In this document: in pieces, positions 13,020 to 24,345 of the stretch
Layout: each line of letters starts with the position of its first letter
Numbering within the stretch: position 1 is the first letter of the stretch
NCBI GenBank assembly: GCA_024137785.1
Contig: JAHRHZ010000050.1
Location: 17,087,874 to 17,151,873 of the forward strand
DNA: 64,000 bases
From: Ginglymostoma cirratum
Lineage: Eukaryota
Direction of reading: 5' to 3'
Made by a program: the position numbers and the translations under genes
Notes under the pieces: model-generated
Database searches by the model: none
Seen by the model: only the letters and a program-made list of their open reading frames with translations
What the model was told of the DNA's origin: nothing

Positions 13020-13720
13020 ACTCTAATTGTGCATAGCACAGCATGCCAGGATGATGCAGCACATTCTGTCCAGACTATGCTGATGGACCCCTTTGCCAAC
13101 TAGTCCAAGCAGTGGAACCACCTTCAGCAGCCCTATTGTCTGCTCGATCATGACCCTGGTCAAAGCATGAGCACATCGTTTCTGTACTCCTCATCAGTTA
13201 GTGTGCTGTGCAATGGTGCATGAGCCATAGTTGTAACAGACAAATCTAACCAGACTGGTAAGGCACCTGGGGCCTCAACACATACTAGGCACATGGGAGT
13301 GCACCAGGATGCAGGAGTCATGGCAGTTGCCAGGACAGTCGGCACATACCTCCAGGAAGTGGTAACGATGATCACAGGTCATCGGGACATTAACTGAATG
13401 GTGCACTTTCCTCTTGATGAATTCTGTAGAGTTGTGATACAGCCCTTGCAATGCCATATGTCTGCAGTCAATGGCACCCAGTAGCTGTAGGAAGCCAGCT
13501 ATGTTTCTGAATCCTACTGCCCAGGCTGCAGCTGTGACCTTGTAATTGGGAAATGAACCAGTGTGATCTTACACAGATGGCATCACTCACTGTTCTGATG
13601 CATTTGTAGGTGTATAACTGAGAGATCCCATAACACTCCCTATATCCACAGGGTACTACCTTCATAATTTTCCAGTTGCATTTTGCATCTAGACAAAGGC
13701 AAGTGATGGTAGGAAACACA
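13020..13720 (-). pseudogene. PIF/Harbinger (HARBI1-like) DDE transposase fossil, frameshifted
   Basis: - strand peptides in order: GISQLYTYKCIRTVSDA, AGFLQLLGAIDCRHMAL, FIKRKVHHSVNV..CDH..CPGNCHDSCIL, TRVMIEQTIGLLK..FHCLD, IILACCAMHN. These correspond to Harbinger motifs IDGTH, NRKG.HS.N, PGS.HD, R..IE..FG.LK, C..LHN. Confidence 0.85.
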
Positions 13721-14939
13721 ACTTACAATAGATAGTCAGTACTGTGCCACTCCTCCCCTGCACAGACCCCAAACATCCATGTCCCCTTTCAGCTCATATT
13801 ACCCCAAAAACCCATCTCCATCCATCACCCCCATGTGGAGACCCATCATAATGAACTTTACCTCCCTCCATAACAACATACAATTCCCAACTGCCGGTGC
13901 TGGCCCTACATGACTGACCTTTGTCCACTCCCCGGACTGCAATCGGACAGATATCCTGACTGTGAGTAACACAAGAGGATAACTGACTGTGGCCAAGCCT
14001 CTGGACTGTGTGCAGATTGTGCACCTTACTAATGATATGGGGAACCCCTGACATCAGCTACCTCTCCGCAACACCTTTCCTCTGCCTAACTGGTTGAATA
14101 AACGTGCAGTGCTTTTGCCACAAAGGCAGCTGGCATGTGCAGTAGGTGTTAGATTAATGTCTTTGTCCATCGTTCACAAACATTAATCTTCTCCCAACAT
14201 CCGTCTCCAGAGGTAAGCTCTAGTCTGAGTGTCTACACAAAGAGAATGCCTATAAAGCAGTACTGATAGCCTTCAGCTCTAGATGAAGCTGCAATTTGCT
14301 ACCAGGCACGGCAAAGCAATGCATGGATACTGCAAGGTAGGTGCTAAGTGAGTGATTGCTGAAAGAGCAAGCAGCCCTGAAACTCAGTCTGGTCCAATCC
14401 ATAATTGGGTTTCTGTCTCTGTGCACAAAGAGCCCTTGCGGCAACCTTTCGATGCTGGTTGCCAGAATGCCCTATAATGCAAGTTTGTGCTTCCTAAGTT
14501 GCCTGCAAGTCAATCAGAGGTGCCATGACAGTTGGCAAGTGTTAGATACAGGCATATGTACAGTTGGTGAATATGGATCATGCCTTGAGATGCCGTTGCA
14601 TGGTGAGCAACTTGGAGGCTCCTTACAACCAGAGAAGAGCTAAAGTAGCCAGGTATCTGTTCTAATATCCACATCAAGAATTCTCAATCTCCAGCTTGGT
14701 TGGCGCATTTGGTCAGATAGGAAGCTATATATTAATGAAACGAGTTGTAGCATCAGTAAGGTGTCTAACAAATTGTAATTTCCCCTTAATTGGTAACTTG
14801 CTGCTTCCCTCAGCACTCCACAAATGCATAAAAGATGCAGCGAGTTGCTCCCGATGACAATAGGCCTTGACTGACTTCTCATAATTCTTCCACAAATCCT
14901 GTCATAGCTTGCATCGTTTAGGTCCCTATATGATTCCAC

Positions 14940-15410
14940 TCACTACTTCTATTTCTCTCTCATTCTCTGTTCTTATTACTCTTTCAGTATCACTGCTCCA
15001 AGTATTCACTCTATTTTTTTTCCAATGTTCTTATTTCTCTGCTTCTACTTTTTCTCATATTTATTCTCACTCCCTCACCCTATTTCATTCTTTCTCATCA
15101 TTTTTCTTTTTCTTTTATTCTCAGTTTTTAGTTCTCTCCACATTTCTGCTTTTTTTATTGCTTCATTTCTATTGTCCCTGTTTTCACGTTCTCACTTCCT
15201 ACTTCTCTCTTACTTTTGCCGTTTCTTTTTCTCTCACTTTCTAGTCTTCTCATTCTCACTGTTTCTATTTCTCTGTCATTTTCCATTTCTCTCCCTCATC
15301 CTCACTTTCTTGTTTTCCTCCCACATTATCTTGTCTCTCTCTGTTTCTATTTCCCTCTCTTTCCCACTCCTTGTCACTGTCTCTTTTTCCTCACTCCTTG
15401 TCATTCTCGC
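14940..15410 (+). repeat. ~470-bp pyrimidine-rich (T/C) low-complexity tract
   Basis: Almost G-free (ttctc/ttttc) sequence. It explains the F/S/L-rich ORFs at 14909-15567. Confidence 0.85.
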
Positions 15411-15428
15411 TGCCAACTATTTAGGCAA

Positions 15429-15715
15429 GGCAATGGCTTTGTGGTTATTATTGCTAGACTATTATTCCAGAGACCCAGATGATGTTTCTTGGGGTCTGGG
15501 GTTCAAATCCCACCATGGCAGGTGGAGAATTTTAATTCAGAGAAAAAAATTGGAATTAAGAACCTAATGATGACCGTTACGCCACTGTTAGATTGTCGTG
15601 AAAACCCATCTGATTCACCAAGGTCCTTAGGGAAGGAAACTGCTATTCTTACCCAGTTCGGCCTACATGTGACTCCAAACCCACAGGAACGTGGTCGACC
15701 GTTATTTGTCCTCTG
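15429..15715 (+). mobile_element. tRNA-headed SINE immediately upstream of the RBPJ promoter
   Basis: ggcaatggctttgtggttattattgctagact (A-box-like)...ggggttcaaatccc (B-box)...aaacccatctgattcac..ggaaggaaactgc..cctacatgtgactccaaacccacagg. Confidence 0.8.
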
Positions 15716-15754
15716 GGAAATTCTCTCTTTCTCTTTCTCACCCTCACTGCCTCA

Positions 15755-15820
15755 TTATTCTTATTCTTACTACTACTACTACTACTATATTTATATTCTT
15801 ATTCTTATTCTTATTCCCTA
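15755..15820 (+). repeat. Compound microsatellite (tac)n / (ttattc)n
   Basis: tactactactactactact and attcttattcttattcttattc. Confidence 0.85.
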
Positions 15821-15894
15821 CTCTACCTTACCTCTCACTGCTCCTCACTCATTCCCAAAACCCAGTGAAACCTCGCGATGCACCCACTGCAGGA

Positions 15895-15979
15895 TCTCGC
15901 GAGATATTCCCACCCTTTCCCCCTCCCCGTCCCGGCGCGGTGAAGAGGGGTGAAAGGGATGGGGCGGAGTCTCGCGAGA
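15895..15979. promoter_or_regulatory. Two TCTCGCGAGA palindromes (BANP/'Kaiso' motif; 15895-15904, 15970-15979) and a GC box (GGGGCGGAGT, 15961-15970)
   Basis: Exact motif matches just upstream of the ATG. A third partial copy (cctcgcgatg) lies at 15871-15880. Confidence 0.8.
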
Positions 15980-16004
15980 GTTGGAGTTGGCTGAGAGTTT
16001 GTGG

Positions 16005-16013
16005 AAGATGGCG
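16005..16013 (+). promoter_or_regulatory. YY1-type motif AAGATGGCG overlapping the start codon
   Basis: gAAGATGGCGc. YY1 sites commonly coincide with the Kozak/ATG in CpG-island genes with short 5'UTRs. Confidence 0.6.
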
Positions 16014-16027
16014 CCTGTTGTGACAGG
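16008..16027 (+). CDS. RBPJ: RBPJ coding exon 1 (MAPVVTG), phase-2 donor
   Basis: ATG GCG CCT GTT GTG ACA GG|gtgagt inside a CpG island. MAPVVTG is the conserved N-terminus of the major vertebrate RBPJ isoform and joins in frame to the exon at 50439. Confidence 0.95.
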
Positions 16028-17365
16028 GTGAGTGTCCGATTGGAGGGCTCTCGCTGCCCACCGCCCGCTGTCGAGCACCGGCCTCGCTGCCACGGTCCCC
16101 GGAGCTGCTGCCGCGGAGGATGGGAGGCGGCCCAGACGGTCAAGTGGTGGCGGTGGTCCGGGAGGAGCTGCTCGTATGGCCCGCGGTCCCTATTGTTTGC
16201 TGCCTGTGTTTTTTTTGTGACTCCAGCTCCCCGAGTGTCGGCCGTCAGCCGGGCCCGGACTCTCCGCCCCGGGAGCTGCCGTTTGGCTCAGTGCGGGGGC
16301 GGCTGGTGAGGACAGGGAGTGCGGCTTGGCTCTATAGCCCAGGTCGTGAGCCCGGCTCGGGACGGCTCGTTAGCCCACCGTCCGGGGACAGCTCCCTCCG
16401 GCTCGGCTCGGCTCGGCCCGGCCTGACCTGACCTGATCCTCGGGATGTTTGTTTATGTCTTTCTGGGGTCAGCCCTGTCCCCGGGGCGCCGGCCAGAAGA
16501 TGCGCCGTTTCCTCCGCACAGTGGAGGAGGAGGCGGCAGGCAGGCCGGCCGGCCAACTTTGTTTAGGACCTAAAGTGTTAGTATCTGCTGTCCGACACTT
16601 CATCACCACCACCTCCCCCCCCCCCCCCCACACACACACACCCACCTCCCCCCGCTCTCCTCTTGTCTGTTGAGACTGTGTTTCTCTCTGGTGACAGTGA
16701 TTCCTGTTTCTGGTGTTTTGGGGATTTTAAGACATTCCGTCCCTTTCTCCTGTTCCTAATATTCCACTCACGGTGATGAAGGCAATTTGAGAGTTGACAT
16801 TTTTGTGGTGTTTTGTCAACTTTTTTTTTCCGCTGAATGATCGCCTCAGCGCTCTGTCACTGTTTTATTGTACACCGCCTGGGTTAACCGTCCCCCTGGT
16901 GAAAGGACGCAGCTGGTTGCGGATTACCCCAGCCAAGCGAATCAAAGCTACTCGCCTGTGGCGCAAACATGCGTGCTTGTACGCATCAGGGTATCTACAG
17001 GGAATTGCTCCAAAAACTGTTGCGTCCTCTGGGAATTTTTCTTTCTTTTTCCACTTAACGTCCTCCCTTCGTGAACGAGGATACTGGTAACGCAGTACTG
17101 TTTCCGCAAATTGCCGTGAATGTATTTGGTGGTTCACATTCATCTAAAGACAGTTCACATTGTACGGCTACTGAGACTAAGTTGTAATGCTGTCAGTCCG
17201 GTTAAATGCTGTACTGCTAAACTAGTAGATCAGCGTCAACTTTTTTTTTCTGGCTAAACGTTATAAATGTCACTAGAGTCTTCCCCGAAACTTGTTTAGC
17301 TGTGCGTATGTGAGCCACAGTGCAAGGCAACATGATTTATTATTATGCATTCATGTTCTGAAATT

Positions 17366-17501
17366 GGAGGTATTAGGAACTGCAGATGCTGGAGAATCTG
17401 AGATAACAAGGTGTAGAGCTGGATGAACAAAGCAGGCCAAGCAGCATCAGAGGAGCAGGAAGGCTGACGTTTCGGGCCTAGACCCTTCTTCAGAAAAAAA
17501 A
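17366..17501. mobile_element. Short Penelope-derived insertion, 11-bp TSD gttctgaaatt (17355-17365/17502-17512), intact hammerhead-like core on the - strand
   Basis: TSD seen directly. - strand 17493-17466 = CTGAAGA A GGGTCTAGGCCC GAAAC GTC. Confidence 0.8.
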
Positions 17502-18799
17502 GTTCTGAAATTATCACTTATTGTAAAGTTAAGAATTAATTCTCAGGGTGAGTGTTATGGGGGAGGGGCAGAATTTATTGCTGATTCCCAAATGCCCTGA
17601 AGATGATTAAAGTCAGCACATTTCCTGCCCTTGGGGTATAATCAATCATTTGGGCTTTTCTGACAACCATACAGTTCAATGGCAACTTCTATTGGAAACA
17701 CTTTTTTTTATTTCCAGGTTTGTAAAACTAATTTCCAAAGATCAAACTGCTGTGGTGGGATTTGAACTCTCATTTCCTTTGAGTAATTAGTTCAGTGGTA
17801 TAATCACTAAAATATGTAGCACCACTATGGAAATTGAATCAGCCTTCCATACTTCAGAATGATGAACAGTAGTCAGGTGCTGCGAAGGGGATGCTGTAAC
17901 TTGTGTTGTGTATTCTAGAATCTGATATTATTGTGCAGTAGTTGCATTTTGCTGCTGAGTTTTCTCTACACTCGAGTGTTTTAAACATGTTATTATGAGG
18001 TCACCTTTTCCTGCAGCAAAGCTCACCTTGAAGATAACCTGTGTCTCATGATTCAAGCTTAAATCTCCATTGAGAAAATGGATAAACTTTTCCAAAAAAC
18101 TAAACTCAGGACTGAAAATTTGTGGCAGAGTTATTTTAACTAGTTTTGCTATTTCTGTTATCTGAAATGGCTCTTATTCTGTGCATCCTACTTATTTCAG
18201 GTATTCTATAAATGGATTTATTCACGACTAGTTCAGGATAAATAAACGTATGGGAAAAAATGTTCTGTGATACTGTGACACAGTGCCAGTTAAGTAGGCT
18301 GCTTTGCCTGGAGTGGAACTGAGTTGTGTTGTTAGGTTATAGATTGCTTCACTATCTGAGGAGTTGCATATGATGCTGAACAGCACACAATTATCAGTGA
18401 ACATCCCCATTTGTGAATGTGTATTGTAGGGAAGGCAGTTGTTGAAGCAGATAAAATCTGGGTGGGCTGCTTTTTGGAGAGGCGGTGTGGACTTGTTGGG
18501 CCGAAGGGCCTTTTTCCACACTGTAGGGATTCTATGAAATAAAGATGACTGGCCTAGGACGCTCATGTAGAGTACTCATGTTGATGTCTTGTGACTATGA
18601 TGATAGACCTACAACAATCATGGTTGTCTTCCTTTGTGCTAGATATGACTCCAACCAGCAAAAGAGTTTCACCTCCTGATTTGCACTGTCTTCAAATTGC
18701 AAGGGCTCCTTGTTGCTGTAATCTATGTAATGGTGTCTTACGTGCTGTTAATACATGACAATTATTAACTTCATCTTAAGTGAAAGGCGTTGATGTAGA

Positions 18800-19515
18800 A
18801 GTGCTCCCGACCACACATCTGCACCATCACTTTACCTGTGACCATTTCTGTGATCTCACTTGGCTTTGCCTTATCTTGTCATTTTCTGAAACCATCACTC
18901 ATGTCTTCATTCCTTTTAAACTTGACTGTTCTGATGCACTGCTGGCTGTCCCTCCCCAAAAAATGCTTTCCTCGAAACTTGATGTCACTCTCCACTCTGT
19001 CCGTGTCCTATTTGCACGAATCCCAGTTCACCCAGCATTCATCTGCTCAGAGTTACATTGAGTCCTGGTAAGGAATATTCTGATTTTTAGAATGTTCAAT
19101 GTTGTTTGCAAATCTTCTACATCCCAATCTCAGTACTGTCCTCCAGTTCCACAATGTTCTAAGATATCTGTGCTCGTCTATTTCTGGCCTCTTGAGCATG
19201 CCAAATTTTAAGTGCTGCCCTATACCTCCAACTGTATAGGCTGTTGAGCTCCTTAAACAACTCTGCCTCTCAAATGACTTAAAATCTTTGCCTAAGCTTA
19301 TGGATGTCTGACTTCCAAAGAGTCATATTGGACTCAAAATGTTAACTCTTTGTCTCTCCACTGATATTGCCATACCTGTAGAGTTTTTCCAGCACTTGTT
19401 TTTATCTCGGAACACCACTGTAAGTGGCTTGGTCTCAAATTCTGCTTCTTGTTGTTGTGAAGTACCTTGGAATGTTTTATTGCATTAAAGGTGTTATGTA
19501 AGTATAGGGTTTTGC
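18800..19515 (+). mobile_element. L2-like LINE 3' fragment with a Penelope-end insertion (~19310-19415)
   Basis: ETITHVFIPFKLDCSDALLA resembles L2 ETLIHAF..SRLDY.NALL. Tail tgtgaagtaccttggaatgttttattgcattaaaggtgttatgtaagt. Confidence 0.65.
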
Positions 19516-20045
19516 TCTGCCACGCCTTATTCACAAATACTACAGGTGTCTTTGACATGCACTCGTGAATTGACTCTTGCGACATTATTTTTAACTATGC
19601 ATTTAATTAGCATTCAAATAATTTTGACACAATTATTTTTGAGCATCTAGATTAGATTTTTCAATATTGGATTCATAAAATGCTAAGGTTCCTGAGACTG
19701 TGCTGCTGGTGGTAACCTCTGTTAATTTACTGTGTTGAGTTTGTTGGCTGGAAGATCTAAGAAGGTGGCTTTCTGTAGTAGATGAGTTGGGAAATTTTGT
19801 TCAATGGGTTAATTTAGTTAGGCCAGAATCTTGTTAGATAAGAAAACATCTGTTTCAAAAATCTTGGTATTAGTGTGTTATCATGGTAACGCAGTGCGTA
19901 GGACTTTTAATTTACTGCTGTGAAGAATTAGTAAAAACAGCTTTGACAAAAGGGGAGAATTCTCTTTGCGGAGTAATTTTTTCTTGTGCCTTGAGTTTGA
20001 TTGGCACCATAGTCTAAAACTGAAGGTATGCTACATTGTGAGAAG

Positions 20046-20218
20046 AGATAGCAAGAACTGCAGAGGCTGAAGTTGGAGACAACATAGTGTGGAGCTGGAG
20101 GAACACAGCAGGCCAGGCAGAATCAGAGGAGTAGGAAAGTTGACGTTTCAGGTCCTGACCCAAAACGTCAACTTTCCTGCTTCTCTGCTGCCTGGTCTGC
20201 TACGTTCCTCCAGATCCC
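20046..20218. mobile_element. Hairpin Penelope-derived insertion, 12-bp TSD cattgtgagaag (20034-20045/20219-20230)
   Basis: Inverted arms (ggaggaacacagcaggccaggcag..aggaaagttgacgttt / aaacgtcaactttcctgc..ctgcctggtctgc..gttcctccag) plus an exact TSD. Confidence 0.85.
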
Positions 20219-20379
20219 CATTGTGAGAAGTTCTGTTTTTAGATGAGATCCTAACTATAGGACTCATCTCATCCTTTGGTACATGTGAAATGTCCCATGA
20301 AACATAACAGTAAGTTCGTGTTATGGAAACTATCTGTCCTTCAATAAATTCATTTCAAGGAACATCGGGCTATTTTACT

Positions 20380-22650
20380 TTTGTTAATCATTCACTGAAT
20401 GTGAACTAACATTGAGGCCTGCATTTATTACTTTTCCGTGGTTGCGTTTGAGAATTGCTGGTGAGCTGCATTCTTAAACCGCTGTGGTTCATTTGGTGCA
20501 GGTATATCTGCAGTGCTATTAGGGAGTTGCAAGATTTTGATCCAGTGAAAGTGAAGCAACAGCATGGCTTGGAGGGGAACTTGCAAGTGATGACATTCCC
20601 ATGTATCTAGTGCCCTTGATTTCCTAGATATTAATGATTGTGGGTTCGGAAGGTGTGCCGAAGAAGCTTTGGTAAATTTCTGCCGTGCATCTTGGGGATG
20701 ACAATCACTGCTACCACAGTGTTTGTTAGTGAAGGGACTGACTGCTCGAGGATGTGATGTTAGTTAAGCAGACTGCCTTGTCCTGATGATATCAAGCTTC
20801 TTGGATGTCGTTGGAGCTGCACGCATCGAGGCAAATGGGGGATATTCCACCACTGTAGATTTTGGAGAGGCTTTGCAGATTAGATGGAGATTTACTCACT
20901 GTAGGACTCCTAATCTCTGAACTCTTGTAGCTGCTCATCTAGTGGTAATTCACAAGGAGTTGATAGTGGAGAGAAATTCAATAATGCTAGTGCCATTGAA
21001 TGTCAAGGGGCAAAGGTTAGATTCTCTCTTCCTGGACATGATCATTGCTGGCATGTGTGCTGCGAATGTTACTTGTCAGCTTAAGCCTGAATGTTGTTTA
21101 GGTCTTGCTATGTGTGTGTGGAATGTGTTAATATCTAAGAAGTCATGAATTGTGCTCAACCTTGTGTAAACATCAGCAAACATCCCCACTTCTTACCTTT
21201 GTGGAGGGAAGGTCATTGAAGCAACTGAAGATGGTTAGATCTAGGTCACTAACAGAAGGAACTCTGTAATGATGTACTGGAGCTGAAATGACTGACCTTC
21301 AAAAACCTTGACTGTTCTACTTTCAACTAGATTTGAATCCACCAGTTTTCTTACTGGTTCCTGTTGACCCTCATTTTGCTAAGATACCTTGACCTGGCAC
21401 TTGGTCCAATTATATCAGACAGTCACTCTCATCTCCCCTTTTGGAATTCACCTTTTTTTTTTGGTCCAAACATGGCTACAATGCTGAAATGAAGTAAGGA
21501 GCTAAATTGCTTTGGCAGAATTCAAACTCGGCATCAGTTATTGCTGTGCAAGCATCCTTGATAAACTGATGACTCCCATCGCTTTGCTGGTAGTCGAGGC
21601 TAGCGGGATAAATTTGTCCTGCTTTTTGTGTACAAGTCATACCTGGGCAATTTTCCACATGTCAGGTAGATGCAAGTGTTATAGATTTACTGGTTCATCT
21701 TAGCGAGGGGTGTGGCATGTCTGGAGCATGTCTTGAGTGTTATGTTGGAATGTTGCCAGGGTCTGTGGTCTTTGTGGCATCCAATGCCTTCAGTCATTTC
21801 TTGTATCACATGGGGTGATTTAAATTGGCTGAACACTGGCATCTGTGATGCAGGAGACCTCTGGAGGAGACCAAGGTAAATTTGTTAACTTTGCACTCCT
21901 GGCTGATGAATGTTGCAGCCTTGTCTTTTGCACTGATGTCTAGGAATTTCCCATTATGGCTAATGGGGTATTTGAGAGTTGTTTCCTCAGAGTTGTTTAA
22001 TTGTCCGCCACCGTTCGCCACTGGAAGTGATAGGATGCAGAGTTTAATTCTGATGATTGTAGAATCTCTCAACCTTGTCACCTGCTTTCTATGCTCTTTG
22101 GCAAGTGATGAAGGGTTTAGGCCCGAAACGTCAAGTTTTCCTGCTCCTATGATGCTGCTTGACCTGCTGTGTTCATCCAGCCCCATGCTTGTTATCTCGT
22201 AGTCCTGTGTTGTAGCTTTACCAAGTTCGCATCTAATTGGTGCTTCTGGTGTTGCTCCTGGCGCGCACACTAGCGCACTCAGTGACCTTGGGTTGAACCC
22301 TGGCTTGATGCTCATTGTAGAGTAATGGATATGTCGGGTTATATAGTTGCAGATAGTGTTAGACAACAATTCTGCTGATGGTGGCCCACAGCACCTTGTG
22401 AATGCCCAGTCTTGAGTTTCTAGATCTGTCACATTTAGCACTGTTGTACTGCCAGGCAAAGTTATGGAGGTTACCCTTAATGTGAAGATGGGACTTTATC
22501 TAAATATGGATTTTGCAGTGGTCAGTCTTATTGATACTGTCAGAGACAAATGCCTCTGTGACAGACATATAGTTGGGGCTGGGATCATGTATGCTTTTCC
22601 TCTTGGCTCATTCATCACCTGCTGCAGACTTGGCTGACCAGTAATGTCCT
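20380..22650 (-). mobile_element. Middle-to-3' part of the tRNA-headed LINE family (3' tail at ~20385-20480), with a nested Penelope end at ~22105-22198
   Basis: 21700-22630 aligns with 10240-11100, and 20385-21300 aligns with 26540-27480. Confidence 0.75.
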
Positions 22651-22869
22651 TTTTGTTTGTTGCCACTTAAGTATGAAATATGTAAGAATGTTTACATAAG
22701 GCAGACTGGAAATCTGGACCACTTTTCCTCAGATTGGAGATTATGGCTCAGTTGAAATCTTAAAGACCTAAGTATCTATTTATCTAGAATTGGAGTTTGT
22801 TTACAAAATGTGACGTAATATAGCCTTGAAACTATTGGAAGCATCTGAGGGGTAGAATTAATTTGCACT

Positions 22870-24345
22870 TGGACGGATTAATTTTGTTAAGAGGGGGTAA
22901 CTGCTGATCAAATTGATTGGTTAGTTCTTCAAAAAATTCAATACATTTGACACAGTTTACTTGGACTTCAGCACTTTTGATAAAGTCCTGCGTGGAAGAT
23001 TAATAGCAAAGTTAAGAGCCTATTTAATCCAAGGAAATTTGGCAAATCAGATACAATATTGGCTGAGTGGCAAGAAGCAGAAGGTAATGGTCAAGGGTTT
23101 TTTTGTGACTGCCTTGTCCAGAGGAACTTGACAAGATCAGCGCTGGGGCCCTTGCTGTTTGTGGTACATGTATAAATGATTTATTCTTGAATATAAGATT
23201 GATCTGTAAATTCATGGATGGTACAAAAATTGGAGGGGTGATAAATAGTGAGAAGCATAGCCTTAAATTAGAGGAGCTTATGGACTGGCTGATCAGAAGC
23301 GAATGAAATTCAAGCCGGATATGTGGGAGGTGATGCACTTGGAAAAGACAAACAAAGCAAGGGAATACAGGATGAAAAGTAGCACTTGACAAACCACTGA
23401 GGTTGAGAGAGACCTTGCTATACATGTCCCCCGGTCGCTTAACGTAACAGGACAGGTAGAAGTGGTTAAGACATGTGGTATACTCCTCTTTATTAGTTGA
23501 GGCATAGAGTTTAAGAGGAGTGTGATGATGTTGGAACTGTGTAAAACTTTGTTTCGGCCACTGGCTAAAGTATTGTGTGTAGTTCTGAATTAGGACTGAA
23601 TTGAGAAGGAACTTCTTCACCTAAAGGGTTGTTAATCTACGGAATTCCTTGCCCAGTGAAGTAGTTGACGCTACTTCAGTAAACATTTTTAAAGCTAAGG
23701 TAGATTTTTTTTTGAACAATAAAGGAATTAAGGGATACGGTGAGAGCGCAGGTAAGTGGATCTGAGTCCACAAAAAGATCAGCCAAGATCTTATTGAATG
23801 GTGGAGCAGGCTTGAAGGGCTGGACGGCCTACTCCTGCTCCTAGTTCTTATGTTCTGGAAGTAGCATTATAGGACGGATGTGATTGCACTGGAGAAGGTG
23901 AAGAGGACTTTTCTAGGATTTTGCCAGGGCTGTAGTTATGAGTTTTAGTTATGTGGCGAGATTGGATAGACAGGGGTTGCTTTCCTGAGAGCAAAGGAGA
24001 CTGAGGGGGAAACATGATTGTGACATATAAAATTATGAGGAGCATAGATGGTAGATGGGAAGAAATTTTTTCTCTTGGTGGAGGGGTCAATGTCTAAGGG
24101 GCAGGAGGTTTAAAGGGGATGTGAGGAAAACTTTTTCGCCCAGAGTCTGGTGGGAATCTAGAACTAACTGCCTGTTAAGGTGGTAGTGACAGAAACCCTC
24201 ATAACATTGAAAACGTATTTCAGTGTACACTTGGCATACAAGACTATGGGCCGAGTGCTGGAAAATGGAATTAGAATAGATGTTTTTCATCGGCAAAGAG
24301 TCGATGGGCTAAAGGATCTTTTATTGCGCTATAGAGCTCTATAAC
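22870..24345 (+). mobile_element. CR1-like LINE (RT to 3' end) with a nested second CR1 3' end at ~23590-23855
   Basis: tacttggacttcagc..tttgataaagtcc (YLDF..FDKV), aagcagaaggtaatgg, aaattcatggatggtac. Two separate 3' tails are present. Confidence 0.8.

Larger units (their letters stand above)
15870..17110. promoter_or_regulatory. CpG island / RBPJ promoter and proximal intron 1
   Basis: Abrupt rise in GC and CpG content relative to the CpG-depleted flanks, spanning exon 1. Confidence 0.9.

Noticed and set aside
15429-15520. tRNA gene calls for the tRNA-like heads (also at 32880-33157, 38351 and the mini-SINEs)
   Set aside because: Degenerate A/B boxes without an intact cloverleaf, attached to SINE bodies.
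14909-15567. Overlapping 88-180 aa hydrophobic ORFs that look like membrane proteins
   Set aside because: Artefact of the T/C low-complexity tract, which lacks stop codons in all three frames.
15835-17143. Many 60-110 aa ORFs on both strands in the CpG island, including MRRFLRTVEEEAAG as a possible exon 1b
   Set aside because: GC-rich sequence is poor in stop codons. There is no recognisable homology and no convincing phase-2 donor for an alternative exon.
21806-23620. 217-aa (21806-22459) and 198-aa (23024-23620) minus-strand ORFs
   Set aside because: The first is a chimera of decayed LINE and Penelope sequence; the second is antisense to a CR1 fragment.
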